Shown here piece after piece: positions 52,357-52,557 of a DNA stretch of 52,557 nt; position 1 is the stretch's first letter; each line of letters opens with the position of its first letter. The translations under genes were made by a program, and so were the position numbers. Location: NCBI GenBank assembly GCA_001399795.1, contig LIHK01000054.1, forward strand, positions 375 through 52,931, in the 5' to 3' direction. Under the pieces are notes generated by a model that saw nothing but the letters and a program-made list of their open reading frames with translations, was not told the DNA's origin and did no database searches. Origin of the DNA: Candidatus Bathyarchaeota archaeon BA2 (GTDB lineage Archaea; Thermoproteota; Bathyarchaeia; Bathyarchaeales; Bathyarchaeaceae).

Positions 52357-52557
52357 CTTATACAGAACTTTGCCTTTTTCGACGACTTCTACAATGAACG
52401 GGTTCTTTTTTCGCTTCATGTCTTGAAACTCTTCTGGTGTGTAGCCTACGGGTTCGATGGGTATTTTAAAGGTGTTTATATCCATCAGGGTTCTTATTCT
52501 GTTTAGAAAGTCTTCTTTGAAATCGGCGACAACCAAGATGTCGATGTCTGAGCCTTC
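52351..52557 (-). CDS. MNT-type nucleotidyltransferase domain protein (5' end outside the window)
   Basis: ...EGSDIDILVVADF...IEPVGYTPEEF...NPFIVEVVEKGKVLY. Confidence 0.8.
   Translation of the reverse strand, partial: EGSDIDILVVADFKEDFLNRIRTLMDINTFKIPIEPVGYTPEEFQDMKRKKNPFIVEVVEKGKVLYKS

Overview
Archaeal chromosomal window, most likely TACK-group and probably Bathyarchaeia. This is inferred from ribosomal protein S30e, a short crenarchaeal-type XPF, GGTGA/GGAGG ribosome-binding sites and multiple HdrA/Mvh paralogs. The left third holds cell-surface and sugar genes (frameshifted archaeosortase, DegT aminotransferase, pfkB-nagA-phosphohexomutase-glmU) and a ModE-regulated TupABC tungstate transporter. 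The remaining ~36 kb is an anaerobic energy island: tungsten AOR, a group 3b [NiFe]-hydrogenase, a group 3c Mvh-Hdr cluster with several HdrA variants, NfnAB, TrxB, an HdrA-MvhD fusion and hypF-C-B-A-D. Toxin-antitoxin genes and several gene remnants are interspersed. The main finding is that hypD is interrupted inside its essential CGTH motif by a 33-nt insertion (51355-51387) carrying an in-frame TAG. The insertion folds with its flanks into a canonical bulge-helix-bulge (hBHBh') motif. Cutting at the standard endonuclease positions restores an uninterrupted 360-aa HypD. This is a candidate tRNA-type pre-mRNA intron in a metabolic gene, outside the classic archaeal cbf5 case. All calls come from reading the sequence and recalled family motifs; no database searches were run.
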